From Eledone cirrhosa (Eukaryota): DNA of 64,000 nucleotides. Of this stretch, positions 13,901 through 27,150 are shown piece by piece (position 1 is the first letter of the stretch; each line of letters opens with the position of its first letter). The notes under the pieces are model-generated. The model did no database searches. It saw only the letters and a list, made by a program, of their open reading frames with translations, and was not told where the DNA came from. Position numbers and translations under genes: made by a program. The stretch is from contig OZ024744.1 of the NCBI GenBank assembly GCA_964016885.1, forward strand, positions 3,720,001 through 3,784,000, read 5' to 3'.

Positions 13901-16900
13901 GAGAAAGATAGCTTGGTGAAGAACGACGTTTTGTGGGAAGACAAGGTAGAGAAAGATAGCTTGGTGAAGAACGAAGTTTTGGGAGAAGACAAGGTAGAGA
14001 AAGATAGCTTGGTGAAGAACGAAGTTTTGAGGGAAGACAAGGTAGAGAAAGATAGCTTGGTGAAGAACGACGTTTTGAGGGAAGACAAGGTAGAGAATGA
14101 TAGCTTGGTGAAGAACGACGTTTTGTGGGAAGACAAGGTAGAGAAAGATAGCTTGGTGAAGAACGAAGTTTTCGGGGAAGACAAGGTAGAGAAAGATAGC
14201 TTGGTGAAGAACGAAGTTTTGGGGGAAGATAAGGTAGAGAAAGATAGCTTGGTGAAGAACGAAGTTTTGGGGGAAGACAAGGTAGAGAAAGATAGCTTGG
14301 TGAAGAACGAAGTTTTGGGGAAGACAATGTAGAGAAAGATAGCTTGGTGAAGAACGAAGTTTTGGGGGAAGACAAGGTAGAGAAAGATAGCTTGGTGAAG
14401 AACGAAATTTTGAGGGAAGACAAGGTAGAGAAAGATAGCTTGGTGAAGAACGACGTTTTGAGGGAAGACAAGATAGAGAAAGATAGCTTGGTGAAGAACG
14501 ACGTTTTGTGGGAAGACAAGGTAGAGAAAGATAGCTTGGTGAATAACGAAGTTTTGAGGGAAGACAAGGTAGAGAAAGATAGCTTGGTGAAGAACGAAGT
14601 TTTGGGAGAAGACAAGGTAGAGAAAGATAGCTTGGTGAAGAACGAAGTTTTGAGGGAAGACAAGGTAGAGAAAGATAGCTTGGTGAAGAACGACGTTTTG
14701 AGGGAAGACAAGATAGAGAAAGATAGCTTGGTGAAGAACGACGTTTTGTGGGAAGACAAGGTAGAGAAAGATAGCTTGGTGAAGAACGAAGTTTTGGGGG
14801 AAGACAAGGTAGAGAAAGATAGCTTGGTGAAGAACGAAGTTTTGGGGGAAGACAAGGTAGAGAAAGATATCTTGGTGAAGAACGAAGTTTTGACGGAAGA
14901 CAAGGTAGAGAAAGATAGCTTGGTGAAGAATGACGTTTTGTGGGAAGACAAGGTAGAGAAAGATAGCTTGGTGAAGAACGAAGTTTTGTGTGAAGACAAG
15001 CTAGAGAAAGATAGCTTGGTGAAGAACGAAGTTTTGGGGGAAGACAAGGTAGAGAAAGATAGATTGGTGAAGAACAAAGTTTTGAGGGATGACAAGGTAG
15101 AGAAAGATGACTTGGTGAAGAACGAAGTTTTGGGGGAAGACAAGGTAGAGAAAGATAGCTTGGTGAAGAACGAAGTTTTGAGGGAAGACAAGGTAGAGAA
15201 AGATAGCTTGGTGAAGAACGAAGTTTTGGGGGAAGACAAGGTAGAGAAAGATAGCTTGGTGAAGAACGAAGTTTTGAGGGAAGACAAGGTAGAGAAAGAT
15301 AGCTTGGTGAATAACGAAGTTTTGGGAGAAGACAAGGTAGAGAAAGATAGCTTGGTGAAGAACGATGTTTTGAGGGAAGGCAAGGTAGAGAAAGATAGCT
15401 TGGTGAAGAACGACGTTTTGAGGGAAGACAAGGTAGAGAAAGATAGCTTGTTGAAGAACGAAGTTCTGAGGGAAGACAAGGTAGAGAAAGATAGCTTGGT
15501 GAAGAACGAAGTTTTGGGAGAAAACAAGGTAGAGAAAGATATCTTGGTGAAGAACGAAGTTTCGACGGAAGACAAGGTAGAGAAAGATAGCGTGGTGAAG
15601 AATGACGTTTTGTGGGAAGACAAGGTAGAGAAAGATAGCTTGGTGAAGAACGAAGTTTTGTGTGAAGACAAGCTAGAGAAAGATAGCTTGGTGAAGAACG
15701 AAGTTTTGGGAGAAAACAAGGTAGAGAAAGATATCTTGGTGAAGAACGAAGTTTCGACGGAAGACAAGGTAGAGAAAGATAGCTTGGTGAAGAATGACGT
15801 TTTGTGGGAACACAAGGTAGAGAAAGATAGCTTGGTGAAGAACGAAGTTTTGTGTGAAGACAAGCTAGAGAAAGATAGCTTGGTGAAGAACGAAGTTTTG
15901 GGGGAAGACAAGGTAGAGAAAGATAGCTTGGTGAAGAACGAAGTTTTGGGGGAAGACAAGGTAGAGAAAGATAGCTTGGTGAGAACGAAGTTTTGAGGGA
16001 AGACAAGGTAGAGAAAGATAGCTTGGTGAATAACGAAGTTTTGGGAGAAGACAAGGTAGAGAAAGATAGCTTGGTGAAGAACGATGTTTTGAGGGAAGAC
16101 AAGGTAGAGAAAGATAGCTTGGTGAAGAACGACGTTTTGAGGGAAGACAAGGTAGAGAAAGATAGCTTGGTGAAGAACGACGTTTTGTGGGAAGACAAGG
16201 TAGAGAAAGATAGCTTGCTGAAGAACGAAGTTTTGGGGGAAGACAAGGTAGAGAAAGATAGCTTGCGAAGAACGAAGTTTTGGGGGAAGACAAGGTAGAG
16301 AAAGATAGCTTGGTGAAGAACGAAGTTTTGGGGGATGACAAGGTAGAGAAAGATAGCTTGGTGAAGAACGAAGTTTTGGGAGAAGACAAGGTAGAGAAAG
16401 ATAGCTTGGTGAAGAACGAAGTTTTGAGGGAAGACAAGGTAGAGAAAGATAGCTTGGTGAAGAACGACGTTTTGAGGGAAGACAAGGTAGAGAAAGATAG
16501 CTTGGTGAAGAACGACGTTTTGTGGGAAGACAAGGTAGAGAAAGATAGCTTGGTGAAGAACGAAGTTTTCGGGGAAGACAAGGTAGAGAAAGATAGCTTG
16601 GTGAAGAACGAAGTTTTGGGGGAAGATAAGGTAGAGAAAGATAGCTTGGTGAAGAACGAAGTTTTGGGGGAAGACAAGGTAGAGAAAGATAGCTTGGTGA
16701 AGAACGAAGTTTTGGGGAAGACAATGTAGAGAAAGATAGCTTGGTAAAGAACGAAGTTTTGAGGGAAGACAAGGTAGAGAAAGATAGCTTGGTGAATAAC
16801 GAAGTTTTGGGAGAAGACAAGGTGGAGAAAGATAGCTTGGTGAAGAACGAAGTTTTGAGGGAAGACAAGGTAGAGAAAGATAGCTTGGTGAAGAACGACG

Positions 16901-19900
16901 TTTTGTGGGAAGACAAGGTAGAGAAAGATAGCTTGGTGAAGAACGAAGTTTTGGGGGAAGACAAGGTAGAGAAAGATAGCTTGGTGAAGAACGAAGTTTT
17001 GAGGGAAGACAAGGTAGAGAAAGATAGCTTGGTGAAGAACGAAGTTTTGGGAGAAGACAAGGTAGAGAAAGATAGCTTGGTGAAGAACGAAGTTTTGAGG
17101 GAAGACAAGGTAGAGAAAGATAGCTTGGTGAAGAACGACGTTTTGAGGGAAGACAAGATAGAGAAAGATAGCTTGGTGAAGAACGACGTTTTGTGGGAAG
17201 ACAAGGTAGAGAAAGATAGCTTGGTGAAGAACGAAGTTTTGGGGGAAGACAAGGTAGAGAAAGATAGCTTGGTGAAGAACGAAGTTTTGGGGGAAGACAA
17301 GGTAGAGAAAGATATCTTGGTGAAGAACGAAGTTTTGACGGAAGACAAGGTAGAGAAAGATAGCTTGGTGAAGAATGACGTTTTGTGGGAAGACAAGGTA
17401 GAGAAAGATAGCTTGGTGAAGAACGAAGTTTTGTGTGAAGACAAGCTAGAGAAAGATAGCTTGGTGAAGAACGAAGTTTTGGGGGAAGACAAGGTAGAGA
17501 AAGATAGATTGGTGAAGAACAAAGTTTTGAGGGATGACAAGGTAGAGAAAGATGACTTGGTGAAGAACGAAGTTTTGGGGGAAGACAAGGTAGAGAAAGA
17601 TAGCTTGGTGAAGAACGAAGTTTTGAGGGAAGACAAGGTAGAGAAAGATAGCTTGGTGAAGAACGAAGTTTTGGGGGAAGACAAGGTAGAGAAAGATAGC
17701 TTGGTGAAGAACGAAGTTTTGAGGGAAGACAAGGTAGAGAAAGATAGCTTGGTGAATAACGAAGTTTTGGGAGAAGACAAGGTAGAGAAAGATAGCTTGG
17801 TGAAGAACTATGTTTTGAGGGAAGGCAAGGTAGAGAAAGATAGCTTGGTGAAGAACGACGTTTTGAGGGAAGACAAGGTAGAGAAAGATAGCTTGTTGAA
17901 GAACGAAGTTCTGAGGGAAGACAAGGTAGAGAAAGATAGCTTGGTGAAGAATGAAGTTTTGGGAGAAAACAAGGTAGAGAAAGATATCTTGGTGAAGAAC
18001 GAAGTTTCGACGGAAGACAAGGTAGAGAAAGATAGCGTGGTGAAGAATGACGTTTTGTGGGAAGACAAGGTAGAGAAAGATAGCTTGGTGAAGAACGAAG
18101 TTTTGTGTGAAGACAAGCTAGAGAAAGATAGCTTGGTGAAGAACGAAGTTTTGGGAGAAAACAAGGTAGAGAAAGATATCTTGGTGAAGAACGAAGTTTC
18201 GACGGAAGACAAGGTAGAGAAAGATAGCTTGGTGAAGAATGACGTTTTGTGGGAAGACAAGGTAGAGAAAGATAGCTTGGTGAAGAACGAAGTTTTGTGT
18301 GAAGACAAGCTAGAGAAAGATAGCTTGGTGAAGAACGAAGTTTTGGGGGAAGACAAGGTAGAGAAAGATAGCTTGGTGAAGAACGAAGTTTTGGGGGGAA
18401 GACAAGGTAGAGAAAGATAGCTTGGTGAGAACGAAGTTTTGAGGGAAGACAAGGTAGAGAAAGATAGCTTGGTGAATAACGAAGTTTTGGGAGAAGACAA
18501 GGTAGAGAAAGATAGCTTGGTGAAGAACGAAGTTTTGGGGGAAGACAAGGTAGAGAAAGATAGCTTGGTGAAGAACGAAGTTTTGGGGGAAGACAAGGTA
18601 GAGAAAGATAGCTTGGTGAAGAACGAAGTTTTGAGGGAAGACAAGGTAGAGAAAGATAGCTTGGTGAATAACGAAGTTTTGGGAGAAGACAAGGTAGAGA
18701 AAGATAGCTTGGTGAAGAACGATGTTTTGAGGGAAGGCAAGGTAGAGAAAGATAGCTTGGTGAAGAACGACGTTTTGAGGGAAGACAAGGTAGAGAAAGA
18801 TAGCTTGTTGAAGAACGAAGTTCTGAGGGAAGACAAGGTAGAGAAAGATAGCTTGGTGAAGAACGAAGTTTTGGGAGAAAACAAGGTAGAGAAAGATATC
18901 TTGGTGAAGAACGAAGTTTCGACGGAAGACAAGGTAGAGAAAGATAGCGTGGTGAAGAATGACGTTTTGTGGGAAGACAAGGTAGAGAAAGATAGCTTGG
19001 TGAAGAACGAAGTTTTGTGTGAAGACAAGCTAGAGAAAGATAGCTTGGTGAAGAACGAAGTTTTGGGAGAAAACAAGGTAGAGAAAGATATCTTGGTGAA
19101 GAACGAAGTTTCGACGGAAGACAAGGTAGAGAAAGATAGCTTGGTGAAGAATGACGTTTTGTGGGAAGACAAGGTAGAGAAAGATAGCTTGGTGAAGAAC
19201 GAAGTTTTGTGTGAAGACAAGCTAGAGAAAGATAGCTTGGTGAAGAACGAAGTTTTGGGGGAAGACAAGGTAGAGAAAGATAGCTTGGTGAAGAACGAAG
19301 TTTTGGGGGAAGACAAGGTAGAGAAAGATAGCTTGGTGAGAACGAAGTTTTGAGGGAAGACAAGGTAGAGAAAGATAGCTTGGTGAATAACGAAGTTTTG
19401 GGAGAAGACAAGGTAGAGAAAGATAGCTTGGTGAAGAACGATGTTTTGAGGGAAGACAAGGTAGAGAAAGATAGCTTGGTGAAGAACGACGTTTTGAGGG
19501 AAGACAAGGTAGAGAAAGATAGCTTGGTGAAGAACGACGTTTTGTGGGAAGACAAGGTAGAGAAAGATAGCTTGCTGAAGAACGAAGTTTTGGGGGAAGA
19601 CAAGGTAGAGAAAGATAGCTTGCGAAGAACGAAGTTTTGGGGGAAGACAAGGTAGAGAAAGATAGCTTGGTGAAGAACGAAGTTTTGGGGGATGACAAGG
19701 TAGAGAAAGATAGCTTGGTGAAGAACGAAGTTTTGGGGGAAGACAAGGTAGAGAAAGATAGCTTGGTGATGAACAAAGTTTTGAGGGAAGACAAGGTAGA
19801 GAAAGATAGCTTGGTGAAGAACGAAGTTTTGGGGAAGACAATGTAGAGAAAGATAGCTTGGTGAAGAACGAAGTTTTGGGGGAAGACAAGGTAGAGAAAG

Positions 19901-21794
19901 ATAGCTTGGTGACTAACGAAGTTTTGGGAGAAGACAAGGTCGAGAAAGATAGCTTGGTGAAGAACGAAATTTTGAGGGAAGACAAGGTAGAGAATGATAG
20001 CTTGGTGAAGAACGACGTTTTGAGGGAAGAGAAGATAGAGAAAGATAGCTTGGTGAAGAACGACGTTTTGTGGGAAGACAAGGTAGAGAAAGATAGCTTG
20101 GTGAAGAACGAAGTTTTGAGGGAAGACAAGGTAGAGAAAGATAGCTTGGTGAATAACGAAGTTTTGGGAGAAGACAAGGTGGAGAAAGATAGCTTGGTGA
20201 AGAACGAAGTTTTGAGGGAAGACAAGGTAGAGAAAGATAGCTTGGTGAAGAACGACGTTTTGTGGGAAGACAAGGTAGAGAAAGATAGCTTGGTGAAGAA
20301 CGAAGTTTTGGGGGAAGACAAGGTAGAGAAAGATAGCTTGGTGAAGAACGAAGTTTTGAGGGAAGACAAGGTAGAGAAAGATAGCTTGGTGAAGAACGAA
20401 GTTTTGGGAGAAGACAAGGTAGAGAAAGATAGCTTGGTGAAGAACGAAGTTTTGAGGGAAGACAAGGTAGAGAAAGATAGCTTGGTGAAGAACGACGTTT
20501 TGAGGGAAGACAAGATAGAGAAAGATAGCTTGGTGAAGAACGACGTTTTGTGGGAAGACAAGGTAGAGAAAGATAGCTTGGTGAAGAACGAAGTTTTGGG
20601 GGAAGACAAGGTAGAGAAAGATAGCTTGGTGAAGAACGAAGTTTTGGGGGAAGACAAGGTAGAGAAAGATATCTTGGTGAAGAACGAAGTTTTGACGGAA
20701 GACAAGGTAGAGAAAGATAGCTTGGTGAAGAATGACGTTTTGTGGGAAGACAAGGTAGAGAAAGATAGCTTGGTGAAGAACGAAGTTTTGTGTGAAGACA
20801 AGCTAGAGAAAGATAGCTTGGTGAAGAACGAAGTTTTGGGGGAAGACAAGGTAGAGAAAGATAGATTGGTGAAGAACAAAGTTTTGAGGGATGACAAGGT
20901 AGAGAAAGATGACTTGGTGAAGAACGAAGTTTTGGGGGAAGACAAGGTAGAGAAAGATAGCTTGGTGAAGAACGAAGTTTTGAGGGAAGACAAGGTAGAG
21001 AAAGATAGCTTGGTGAAGAACGAAGTTTTGGGGGAAGACAAGGTAGAGAAAGATAGCTTGGTGAAGAACGAAGTTTTGAGGGAAGACAAGGTAGAGAAAG
21101 ATAGCTTGGTGAATAACGAAGTTTTGGGAGAAGACAAGGTAGAGAAAGATAGCTTGGTGAAGAACGATGTTTTGAGGGAAGGCAAGGTAGAGAAAGATAG
21201 CTTGGTGAAGAACGACGTTTTGAGGGAAGACAAGGTAGAGAAAGATAGCTTGTTGAAGAACGAAGTTCTGAGGGAAGACAAGGTAGAGAAAGATAGCTTG
21301 GTGAAGAACGAAGTTTTGGGAGAAAACAAGGTAGAGAAAGATATCTTGGTGAAGAACGAAGTTTCGACGGAAGACAAGGTAGAGAAAGATAGCGTGGTGA
21401 AGAATGACGTTTTGTGGGAAGACAAGGTAGAGAAAGATAGCTTGGTGAAGAACGAAGTTTTGTGTGAAGACAAGCTAGAGAAAGATAGCTTGGTGAAGAA
21501 CGAAGTTTTGGGAGAAAACAAGGTAGAGAAAGATATCTTGGTGAAGAACGAAGTTTCGACGGAAGACAAGGTAGAGAAAGATAGCTTGGTGAAGAATGAC
21601 GTTTTGTGGGAAGACAAGGTAGAGAAAGATAGCTTGGTGAAGAACGAAGTTTTGTGTGAAGACAAGCTAGAGAAAGATAGCTTGGTGAAGAACGACGTTT
21701 TGGGGGAAGACAAGGTAGAGAAAGATAGCTTGGTGAAGAACGAAGTTTTGGGGGAAGACAAGGTAGAGAAAGATAGCTTGGTGAGAACGAAGTT

Positions 21795-24700
21795 TTGAGG
21801 GAAGACAAGGTAGAGAAAGATAGCTTGGTGAATAACGAAGTTTTGGGAGAAGACAAGGTAGAGAAAGATAGCTTGGTGAAGAACGATGTTTTGAGGGAAG
21901 ACAAGGTAGAGAAAGATAGCTTGGTGAAGAACGACGTTTTGAGGGAAGACAAGGTAGAGAAAGATAGCTTGGTGAAGAACGACGTTTTGTGGGAAGACAA
22001 GGTAGAGAAAGATAGCTTGCTGAAGAACGAAGTTTTGGGGGAAGACAAGGTAGAGAAAGATAGCTTGCGAAGAACGAAGTTTTGGGGGAAGACAAGGTAG
22101 AGAAAGATAGCTTGGTGAAGAACGAAGTTTTGGGGGATGACAAGGTAGAGAAAGATAGCTTGGTGAAGAACGAAGTTTTGGGAGAAGACAAGGTAGAGAA
22201 AGATAGCTTGGTGAAGAACGAAGTTTTGAGGGAAGACAAGGTAGAGAAAGATAGCTTGGTGAAGAACGACGTTTTGAGGGAAGACAAGGTAGAGAAAGAT
22301 AGCTTGGTGAAGAACGACGTTTTGTGGGAAGACAAGGTAGAGAAAGATAGCTTGGTGAAGAACGAAGTTTTCGGGGAAGACAAGGTAGAGAAAGATAGCT
22401 TGGTGAAGAACGAAGTTTTGGGGGAAGATAAGGTAGAGAAAGATAGCTTGGTGAAGAACGAAGTTTTGGGGGAAGACAAGGTAGAGAAAGATAGCTTGGT
22501 GAAGAACGAAGTTTTGGGGAAGACAATGTAGAGAAAGATAGCTTGGTGAAGAACGAAGTTTTGGGGGAAGACAAGGTAGAGAAAGATAGCTTGGTGACTA
22601 ACGAAGTTTTGGGAGAAGACAAGGTCGAGAAAGATAGCTTGGTGAAGAACGAAATTTTGAGGGAAGACAAGGTAGAGAAAGATAGCTTGGTGAAGAACGA
22701 CGTTTTGAGGGAAGAGAAGATAGAGAAAGATAGCTTGGTGAAGAACGACGTTTTGTGGGAAGACAAGGTAGAGAAAGATAGCTTGGTGAAGAACGAAGTT
22801 TTGAGGGAAGACAAGGTAGAGAAGGATAGCTTGGTGAATAACGAAGTTTTGGGAGAAGACAAGGTGGAGAAAGATAGCTTGGTGAAGAACGAAGTTTTGA
22901 GGGAAGACAAGGTAGAGAAAGATAGCTTGGTGAAGAACGACGTTTTGTGGGAAGACAAGGTAGAGAAAGATAGCTTGGTGAAGAACGAAGTTTTGGGGGA
23001 AGACAAGGTAGAGAAAGATAGCTTGGTGAAGAACGAAGTTTTGAGGGAAGACAAGGTAGAGAAAGATAGCTTGGTGAAGAACGAAGTTTTGGGAGAAGAC
23101 AAGGTAGAGAAAGATAGCTTGGTGAAGAACGAAGTTTTGGGGGAAGACAAGGTAGAGAAAGATATCTTGGTGAAGAACGAAGTTTTGACGGAAGACAAGG
23201 TAGAGAAAGATAGCTTGGTGAAGAATGACGTTTTGTGGGAAGACAAGGTAGAGAAAGATAGCTTGGTGAAGAACGAAGTTTTGTGTGAAGACAAGCTAGA
23301 GAAAGATAGCTTGGTGAAGAACGAAGTTTTGGGGGAAGACAAGGTAGAGAAAGATAGATTGGTGAAGAACAAAGTTTTGAGGGATGACAAGGTAGAGAAA
23401 GATGACTTGGTGAAGAACGAAGTTTTGGGGGAAGACAAGGTAGAGAAAGATAGCTTGGTGAAGAACGAAGTTTTGAGGGAAGACAAGGTAGAGAAAGATA
23501 GCTTGGTGAAGAACGAAGTTTTGGGGGAAGACAAGGTAGAGAAAGATAGCTTGGTGAAGAACGAAGTTTTGAGGGAAGACAAGGTAGAGAAAGATAGCTT
23601 GGTGAATAACGAAGTTTTGGGAGAAGACAAGGTAGAGAAAGATAGCTTGGTGAAGAACGATGTTTTGAGGGAAGGCAAGGTAGAGAAAGATAGCTTGGTG
23701 AAGAACGACGTTTTGAGGGAAGACAAGGTAGAGAAAGATAGCTTGTTGAAGAACGAAGTTCTGAGGGAAGACAAGGTAGAGAAAGATAGCTTGGTGAAGA
23801 ACGAAGTTTTGGGAGAAAACAAGGTAGAGAAAGATATCTTGGTGAAGAACGAAGTTTCGACGGAAGACAAGGTAGAGAAAGATAGCGTGGTGAAGAATGA
23901 CGTTTTGTGGGAAGACAAGGTAGAGAAAGATAGCTTGGTGAAGAACGAAGTTTTGTGTGAAGACAAGCTAGAGAAAGATAGCTTGGTGAAGAACGAAGTT
24001 TTGGGAGAAAACAAGGTAGAGAAAGATATCTTGGTGAAGAACGAAGTTTCGACGGAAGACAAGGTAGAGAAAGATAGCTTGGTGAAGAATGACGTTTTGT
24101 GGGAAGACAAGGTAGAGAAAGATAGCTTGGTGAAGAACGAAGTTTTGTGTGAAGACAAGCTAGAGAAAGATAGCTTGGTGAAGAACGAAGTTTTGGGGGA
24201 AGACAAGGTAGAGAAAGATAGCTTGGTGAAGAACGAAGTTTTGGGGGAAGACAAGGTAGAGAAAGATAGCTTGGTGAGAACGAAGTTTTGAGGGAAGACA
24301 AGGTAGAGAAAGATAGCTTGGTGAATAACGAAGTTTTGGGAGAAGACAAGGTAGAGAAAGATAGCTTGGTGAAGAACGATGTTTTGAGGGAAGACAAGGT
24401 AGAGAAAGATAGCTTGGTGAAGAACGACGTTTTGAGGGAAGACAAGGTAGAGAAAGATAGCTTGGTGAAGAACGACGTTTTGTGGGAAGACAAGGTAGAG
24501 AAAGATAGCTTGCTGAAGAACGAAGTTTTGGGGGAAGACAAGGTAGAGAAAGATAGCTTGCGAAGAACGAAGTTTTGGGGGAAGACAAGGTAGAGAAAGA
24601 TAGCTTGGTGAAGAACGAAGTTTTGGGGGATGACAAGGTAGAGAAAGATAGCTTGGTGAAGAACGAAGTTTTGGGAGAAGACAAGGTAGAGAAAGATAGC

Positions 24701-27150
24701 TTGGTGAAGAACGAAGTTTTGGGGGAAGACAAGGTAGAGAAAGATAGCTTGGTGAAGAACGACGTTTTGAGGGAAGACAAGGTAGAGAAAGATAGCTTGG
24801 TGAAGAACGACGTTTTGTGGGAAGACAAGGTAGAGAAAGATAGCTTGGTGAAGAACGAAGTTTTCGGGGAAGACAAGGTAGAGAAAGATAGCTTGGTGAA
24901 GAACGAAGTTTTGGGGGAAGATAAGGTAGAGAAAGATAGCTTGGTGAAGAACGAAGTTTTGGGGGAAGACAAGGTAGAGAAAGATAGCTTGGTGAAGAAC
25001 GAAGTTTTGGGGAAGACAATGTAGAGAAAGATAGCTTGGTGAAGAACGAAGTTTTGGGGGAAGACAAGGTAGAGAAAGATAGCTTGGTGACTAACGAAGT
25101 TTTGGGAGAAGACAAGGTCGAGAAAGATAGCTTGGTGAAGAACGAAATTTTGAGGGAAGACAAGGTAGAGAAAGATAGCTTGGTGAAGAACGACGTTTTG
25201 AGGGAAGAGAAGATAGAGAAAGATAGCTTGGTGAAGAACGACGTTTTGTGGGAAGACAAGGTAGAGAAAGATAGCTTGGTGAAGAACGAAGTTTTGAGGG
25301 AAGACAAGGTAGAGAAAGATAGCTTGGTGAATAACGAAGTTTTGGGAGAAGACAAGGTGGAGAAAGATAGCTTGGTGAAGAACGAAGTTTTGAGGGAAGA
25401 CAAGGTAGAGAAAGATAGCTTGGTGAAGAACGACGTTTTGTGGGAAGACAAGGTAGAGAAAGATAGCTTGGTGAAGAACGAAGTTTTGGGGGAAGACAAG
25501 GTAGAGAAAGATAGCTTGGTGAAGAACGAAGTTTTGAGGGAAGACAAGGTAGAGAAAGATAGCTTGGTGAAGAACGAAGTTTTGGGAGAAGACAAGGTAG
25601 AGAAAGATAGCTTGGTGAAGAACGAAGTTTTGGGGGAAGACAAGGTAGAGAAAGATATCTTGGTGAAGAACGAAGTTTTGACGGAAGACAAGGTAGAGAA
25701 AGATAGCTTGGTGAAGAATGACGTTTTGTGGGAAGACAAGGTAGAGAAAGATAGCTTGGTGAAGAACGAAGTTTTGTGTGAAGACAAGCTAGAGAAAGAT
25801 AGCTTGGTGAAGAACGAAGTTTTGGGGGAAGACAAGGTAGAGAAAGATAGATTGGTGAAGAACAAAGTTTTGAGGGATGACAAGGTAGAGAAAGATGACT
25901 TGGTGAAGAACGAAGTTTTGGGGGAAGACAAGGTAGAGAAAGATAGCTTGGTGAAGAACGAAGTTTTGAGGGAAGACAAGGTAGAGAAAGATAGCTTGGT
26001 GAAGAACGAAGTTTTGGGGGAAGACAAGGTAGAGAAAGATAGCTTGGTGAAGAACGAAGTTTTGAGGGAAGACAAGGTAGAGAAAGATAGCTTGGTGAAT
26101 AACGAAGTTTTGGGAGAAGACAAGGTAGAGAAAGATAGCTTGGTGAAGAACGATGTTTTGAGGGAAGGCAAGGTAGAGAAAGATAGCTTGGTGAAGAACG
26201 ACGTTTTGAGGGAAGACAAGGTAGAGAAAGATAGCTTGTTGAAGAACGAAGTTCTGAGGGAAGACAAGGTAGAGAAAGATAGCTTGGTGAAGAACGAAGT
26301 TTTGGGAGAAAACAAGGTAGAGAAAGATATCTTGGTGAAGAACGAAGTTTCGACGGAAGACAAGGTAGAGAAAGATAGCGTGGTGAAGAATGACGTTTTG
26401 TGGGAAGACAAGGTAGAGAAAGATAGCTTGGTGAAGAACGAAGTTTTGTGTGAAGACAAGCTAGAGAAAGATAGCTTGGTGAAGAACGAAGTTTTGGGAG
26501 AAAACAAGGTAGAGAAAGATATCTTGGTGAAGAACGAAGTTTCGACGGAAGACAAGGTAGAGAAAGATAGCTTGGTGAAGAATGACGTTTTGTGGGAAGA
26601 CAAGGTAGAGAAAGATAGCTTGGTGAAGAACGAAGTTTTGTGTGAAGACAAGCTAGAGAAAGATAGCTTGGTGAAGAACGAAGTTTTGGGGGAAGACAAG
26701 GTAGAGAAAGATAGCTTGGTGAAGAACGAAGTTTTGGGGGAAGACAAGGTAGAGAAAGATAGCTTGGTGAGAACGAAGTTTTGAGGGAAGACAAGGTAGA
26801 GAAAGATAGCTTGGTGAATAACGAAGTTTTGGGAGAAGACAAGGTAGAGAAAGATAGCTTGGTGAAGAACGATGTTTTGAGGGAAGACAAGGTAGAGAAA
26901 GATAGCTTGGTGAAGAACGACGTTTTGAGGGAAGACAAGGTAGAGAAAGATAGCTTGGTGAAGAACGACGTTTTGTGGGAAGACAAGGTAGAGAAAGATA
27001 GCTTGCTGAAGAACGAAGTTTTGGGGGAAGACAAGGTAGAGAAAGATAGCTTGCGAAGAACGAAGTTTTGGGGGAAGACAAGGTAGAGAAAGATAGCTTG
27101 GTGAAGAACGAAGTTTTGGGGGATGACAAGGTAGAGAAAGATAGCTTGGT
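21795..27150. repeat. Tandem 2493-bp (52-monomer, -3 nt) higher-order repeat, just over two copies, preceded by a related 2685-bp (56-monomer) copy
   Basis: ORF starts 21795/24288/26781, 22082/24575/27068 and 22543/25036 are offset by 2493. 19858 to 22543 is 2685. Confidence 0.92.

Larger units (their letters stand above)
1..14330. repeat. Satellite sub-domain A (8-9-monomer modules punctuated by the 47-bp ...GGGAAGACAATGTAG monomer)
   Basis: Private markers: GAAATCAAGGTAGAGAATAATAGT (last at ~13841), GAAGATTTG (last ~12727), GACATT (last ~13637), CTCGAG (625, 2061, 3978, 7764). 24 ORFs ending in 'KTM' lie within 1-14332. Confidence 0.85.
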
